From NCBI RefSeq assembly GCF_009914755.1, contig NC_060928.1: DNA of 64,000 nucleotides. One strand, 5' to 3'. Each line of letters begins with the position of its first letter. Position 1 is the first letter of the stretch. This document shows, piece by piece, positions 58,790 through 64,000 of this stretch. Source of the DNA: the human T2T-CHM13v2.0 reference genome, Homo sapiens. The notes below the pieces were generated by a model. The model saw only the letters and a program-made list of their open reading frames with translations. It was not told where the DNA came from and did no database searches. The translations under genes were made by a program, and so were the position numbers.

Positions 58790-61700
58790 TTAGAAGTTAC
58801 AAATTTGATATGTAATTATATACAAAATGCAATTTATAGATATATTTTCTAGGAGCCAGTTGCACCATCAGTGCATTAGCCCTAAGCCTGTGTTTCAGAC
58901 TTGTGAATTAGAAGCTTCTGACTCTCAAGAGGAGGCCTCAAGGCTGAGAGTGAAGAGGCTGCCAGTCCACGCATGACAGCCAGGGGTCAGCTCTCAGCTC
59001 GAAGGAAAGGATCAGCACAGGAAATATTTTACAGCCACGAAGAACCTTGACCTTTTCCACTCTTCTCTTTTTCCTATTTCCCCTTCTCCAGCCCCCTCCT
59101 CTAGCTCATCCCAATAATAGAGTAAAATCAAAGCATCCTGAATATTTACTAAGTGCTACATACCTTGTGAACTATTTCACTTGCAGTATCCCTAATACAG
59201 TTTCAATAAACCATGACCAGTAAAGTAATAAGCATTGTTTGAAAGAAAAAAATAGCCTAATACACTTCTTGTCAGACACACAAAAAGCTTTTCTTTTGTA
59301 CATGTCTATGGTAAATTGCTTTGCATGACAGCACATAATCTAACCAAAGTGGATGTTCTCTGTTTGATCTGATTGTCTGAACAAAAAAAAAGCAGGTATT
59401 CTAAATTTCTTTCTTTAATGAAGTATACTCCATGAGAGACAATTTCTTATTAAGGCATATTTGGACTTTTATCAAACCTATTATTGATCTCTTCATCTTT
59501 TTCCCCCTGCTAGTCCAGGAAATGGGAGCTACTGAAACCACAGGATCTGCTCACGGCTTCCAAACACTCTCTGCAGACAATATGACCACGTCCATGTCCT
59601 CCTCTGGCTCCTGTGAGGCCCTTTTCATGGACCCCAGGCCCTTTCCTGTTTCTCCCAGAGGAGGAAGTCCAAGGCAGGGTCTGCATCTCCCTCGTCTTTG
59701 CAAGCCCCACAACAGCTCTCCTGGACAGTGTCTAAACTAAAACTTCTTGGCTGTTTAGTCTGGTTATACGTGTTACAAATTCCCCATTTCCTGTGGGGTT
59801 CACAGAGAGCTACAAAATTATAGTAATACTTCAATAGAAATTTCTGACTCCATTTTTCAAATATTATCAAATCTTCTAAGGTTCTAAGACCCTTTGCTGT
59901 GAAGATAGGTAGAGAACCACTCTAATACAAAACAGCGTTTGTTTTTCTCTCTCAAAGGGAATTGGGACTGTTTGGAAAGTCATGGAAATTTGCTATATAC
60001 TTTAAAAATCTAGAATGCCTTCCCAACTGGCACACTCAGGATATGAGGAAGCAATGTCACTGCAAATCACTCCTGAACTACATTTAAACTGAGTTACTTG
60101 GTTTAGCTTGAGTTTTCTCTCCAGGCCCACAGCATCCTCAGAACTCTTGTCATCAAGGCTTAGGTAGAAACCTCTCCTCTTCAAATCGTGCCTTCCTTTC
60201 AGATCTAGTTAATTCTAGTCAGGATTCTAGGAAGGCCTCCCTCTGAAGACAATGCAAAAATAAAAAGAGCGACAGACCTTCCTTTAGTTGACAGCTTTCC
60301 ATCATTTTCCGAATCAACTGTGATTCAAACTTTAAAAAAACCCAAGTTAGTGCCTGATGACTCCCTAGACTCTGGGACATCTGGTGCTGCCAAATTGAGA
60401 TTCCCCTGACAATTTCCGAGGACAAAGATCTTCGAGGAGGGCAGCTCTAGGGAGAGTTTAGTCACCTCTGAAGTTGTGTCTCACAGACGCAGCATCCACT
60501 GACCCCTGACTTTCAGTTCATATTTTAGAACTGTTCCCAGGGGATGGAGATAAGGCAGTCATCAATCAGGAAAGTCAAACACATGCAGATGACTGAGAAC
60601 AGCTCTCCTTGAATCCCAGTCATGGGAGTTGAGGAATGACCATTCCTCTACATAGTTCTATTAAAAAAAGTGAAATAAAATTTGTTCTATTTTGTTAGAG
60701 TTGCAGAAATAAGACAACAAACACAACCTCAATTGGGTTAAAAACCACACAGCTCTGGCAGCAATGTTAACATCATTTACATCAAGTTCCTTGGCTAAAT
60801 GAGCAATTTCCATATGTCTAGTTTACATGAGCTCAATTGTAAGTGTGGTAGAATTGGCATCAAATAAATGGCATGGGTTCAGATCTGGTTTTGATTACCA
60901 AGATTTCTAGAGTATGTTTTTGTGTTTAACTCTTTTTTGTAACTTTGCCCGTGAATGTTTGTCTAACTTCTGCCTCATGAGCACTCAGTTTCAATTCCCT
61001 GACATATGTCTATGCTTTGCAATTTGTATCTTGTAGTCCTTGCCGGAGTCCCACTGCTCCCGAACACATGCCCTGAGGCAGCGTGCCTGCACAACCAGCT
61101 TCCATCTGAACGCTTCAGACATGCGCTGCATTCAGGCAAGAGCCCTTTGGATCTTCCCAATTAGAGCAAAATCGCTAGCATTTAACTTCTAATTTTACAA
61201 GTAACAGTGATTTGCAATTAGTAACAGACATCAAGATGACTTGTGACCAGCATTATACATGTTATTAATTTGCACTCATCTATAATTAATTTTACAATGG
61301 CATTTAGCTCAATGCTTATTATAGGAAAATCTGTCGTTGAGAACCAGGATTATTACCTCTACAAATACATTATTTTCTCTGTAAAAGAACTCTGACTACT
61401 TTCACCAGAAGTACATTTTTAAAGTTAGTATTTTGTACTCGTAGAACTAGATTAAATAATATCTCGTTGAGTGAACGATATTTTAAGATTACAAGCTGAA
61501 TTGCTTATTATGGCTTTCTAAATTCATACCTGTTCTGCAGCAGAATATTTAAAAATTTAAGTATTGAAAATAGTCTAAGCAAAGAAAATTGCTACTTGTT
61601 AACTTTGGAAGACTTGAAGACATAAAATTTCACCAAATGACAGATTTATAAAAATTTCTTTTTGGGGGAATGTTCAAGTATTGTGAAACTGTTACTGAAA

Positions 61701-63245
61701 ACAAAACATTAAAGCATTAGCACGTGTTTTAAAAAGCAATAAGACAATCACCTCTGTAAGAAACACACAGCTAATTATTATGTGTTCTAGAGAATGCTGT
61801 CACAATCAGTCAACTTACAGAAGCATGATTTTCTTTTTATTGAAGTTGTCCCTTTGCAAAGGGTCCCTTTAGATATTATTTCTGTGAATAAATAATTCAC
61901 TGTCTTCTTCATACTCAAAGATATGCTTTTGAGATATATGTATATATGACTCTTTAGTATGAGCTTAATTTTTTTCTCCAGCAATGGCTGTAAGAATGCA
62001 CAGACTACAAGAGACAATAGTGAGAAAGCTGAGAAAGCTGGTGATCCACACCCTTTCCATTGGAAGCCTACAGGGAGCTTTCCCCTAGGGCCCCACGTGG
62101 TCAGCCTTAGAGCGACTAACACTTCCTAATTCAAGAAACCAACCCTTGGCCCCTGCACAGCGAGAACCAAGATGAATTGATTAATGCACAGTGAAAACTA
62201 TAATTCTCACAAAGACAAAATCTTGTCAGCAAGTATGTCTGTCCCCCATAGCCTGGTGTTTAGCAAATGAAATATTTGAAATTCAGTGACCACAACATCT
62301 GCTCCTCAGGCCAGTATCTGGATGCTTATTGTCCATGTTCAGGTACATCCATCTCAAAGGATGTAGAGCCACACACCTTCTTTCATCTTACATCATTTAT
62401 TTTGTTATTTCCTATACAGGGCAGGGACTTTTCTTGGACAGAGAAGCTGAGAAGTATCAGATAAAGATGACCTGCATGTACTGGAAAATAATCTGTGGTT
62501 TATATGTAGGCGGATGGAAGCAAACCAGGGTAATATACATTTAGAGGCAGAGGGCTCTCACAATATCCTCTTCAAAAAACATTAGGATGAAAACAGTTGC
62601 AGAACATTTCTAGTAAAATATATCATTAAAACTTAGGCTAACTTAACTCTTTCCACCTACACACTTTAGTAATTTACAAATAGCGTTTAAGCATATATTT
62701 CATTTAAAATAGAGTCCACATGATTGAAATAGTTATGAAACTCTGAGAGACTCTCAATAGAACTCTTAGCTGCTTATTACTATCTCCTAAGAAAACAATT
62801 TAACTACCCTCTTCTCATTAAAAAGTAAATAAAAATAGTCTTCATGATATTGTAAAGATCTAATAATGCTTCCTTTGACTTGTAGGAACAAAAGAAGAAT
62901 TTGTAGTTCACAGCCACATGAGATAGTCAAGTGTTAAAAGGGAAAAAGAGCTATCGAAGGCAGGAAGCAAAATGCCTTCAGAGATAAAAGGTTATTCGTG
63001 GCTGAGTGAAAAAAATGGACAATGAGCAGAAAATAATTTATACTACAAAGTCTTTAGACGTCATTTACTTGGTAAGACATTATAGAAATATTTTTGGCCG
63101 TTTTGTTTGCTTTAAAATCCACTTAACTACAAAGTGACTTCACAGTTTAAAAATGACATAACATAATCTATATGGTACTACACTGATAATATCATCTAAT
63201 CTTTCATTATGCTGTGACCAAGTCTTCTGTTAAAAGTCTAATTTT

Positions 63246-63588
<343 letters not shown>

Positions 63589-63712
63589 TTAAGCAGCTAT
63601 AAAATTATCAAAAATTAATGCTAGAAGAAATCTTAACTTATATCTTTCTTGAGATAACAGCTCTCTACATTTCAGTCTTTTTTAACTGTGGTTTTAGAAT
63701 TTCTACCTCTAG

Positions 63713-64000
<288 letters not shown>

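Overview
This is eukaryotic, almost certainly human or great-ape, genomic DNA. It is AT-rich, gene-poor and dense in Alu, L1, L2, MIR and LTR elements, and nearly all ORFs in the track come from repeats or chance. The only gene-derived feature is a young processed retrocopy of the mitochondrial release factor MTRF1L (mtRF1a) at 15501-19171. It has no introns, a ~2.5 kb 3' UTR, AATAAA, an A17 tail and a perfect 11-bp target-site duplication (TSD). From memory this is probably the MTRF1LP2 locus, but I have not verified that. Its frame is open end to end. It lost the ATG, has an in-frame GTG supplied by the TSD, keeps the PxT stop-recognition motif, and carries GGQ->GEQ at the catalytic motif. 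Two oppositely oriented LTR12 (ERV9) solo LTRs flank it. Unusual structures include: an AluY whose TSD also encloses a ~205-bp copy of sequence from 6.6 kb upstream plus a second A-tail; a multi-template repair scar inside a full-length L1PB; a 36-nt polyadenylated micro-insertion inside an MLT2; a tail-to-tail AluY pair; and a 580-bp purine/pyrimidine tract. I see no evidence for a new multi-gene system. The best leads are the possibly catalytically dead release-factor retrocopy and the local templated insertions. Repeat subfamily calls and the parental protein comparison are from recalled consensus sequences, and boundaries of old repeats are approximate.
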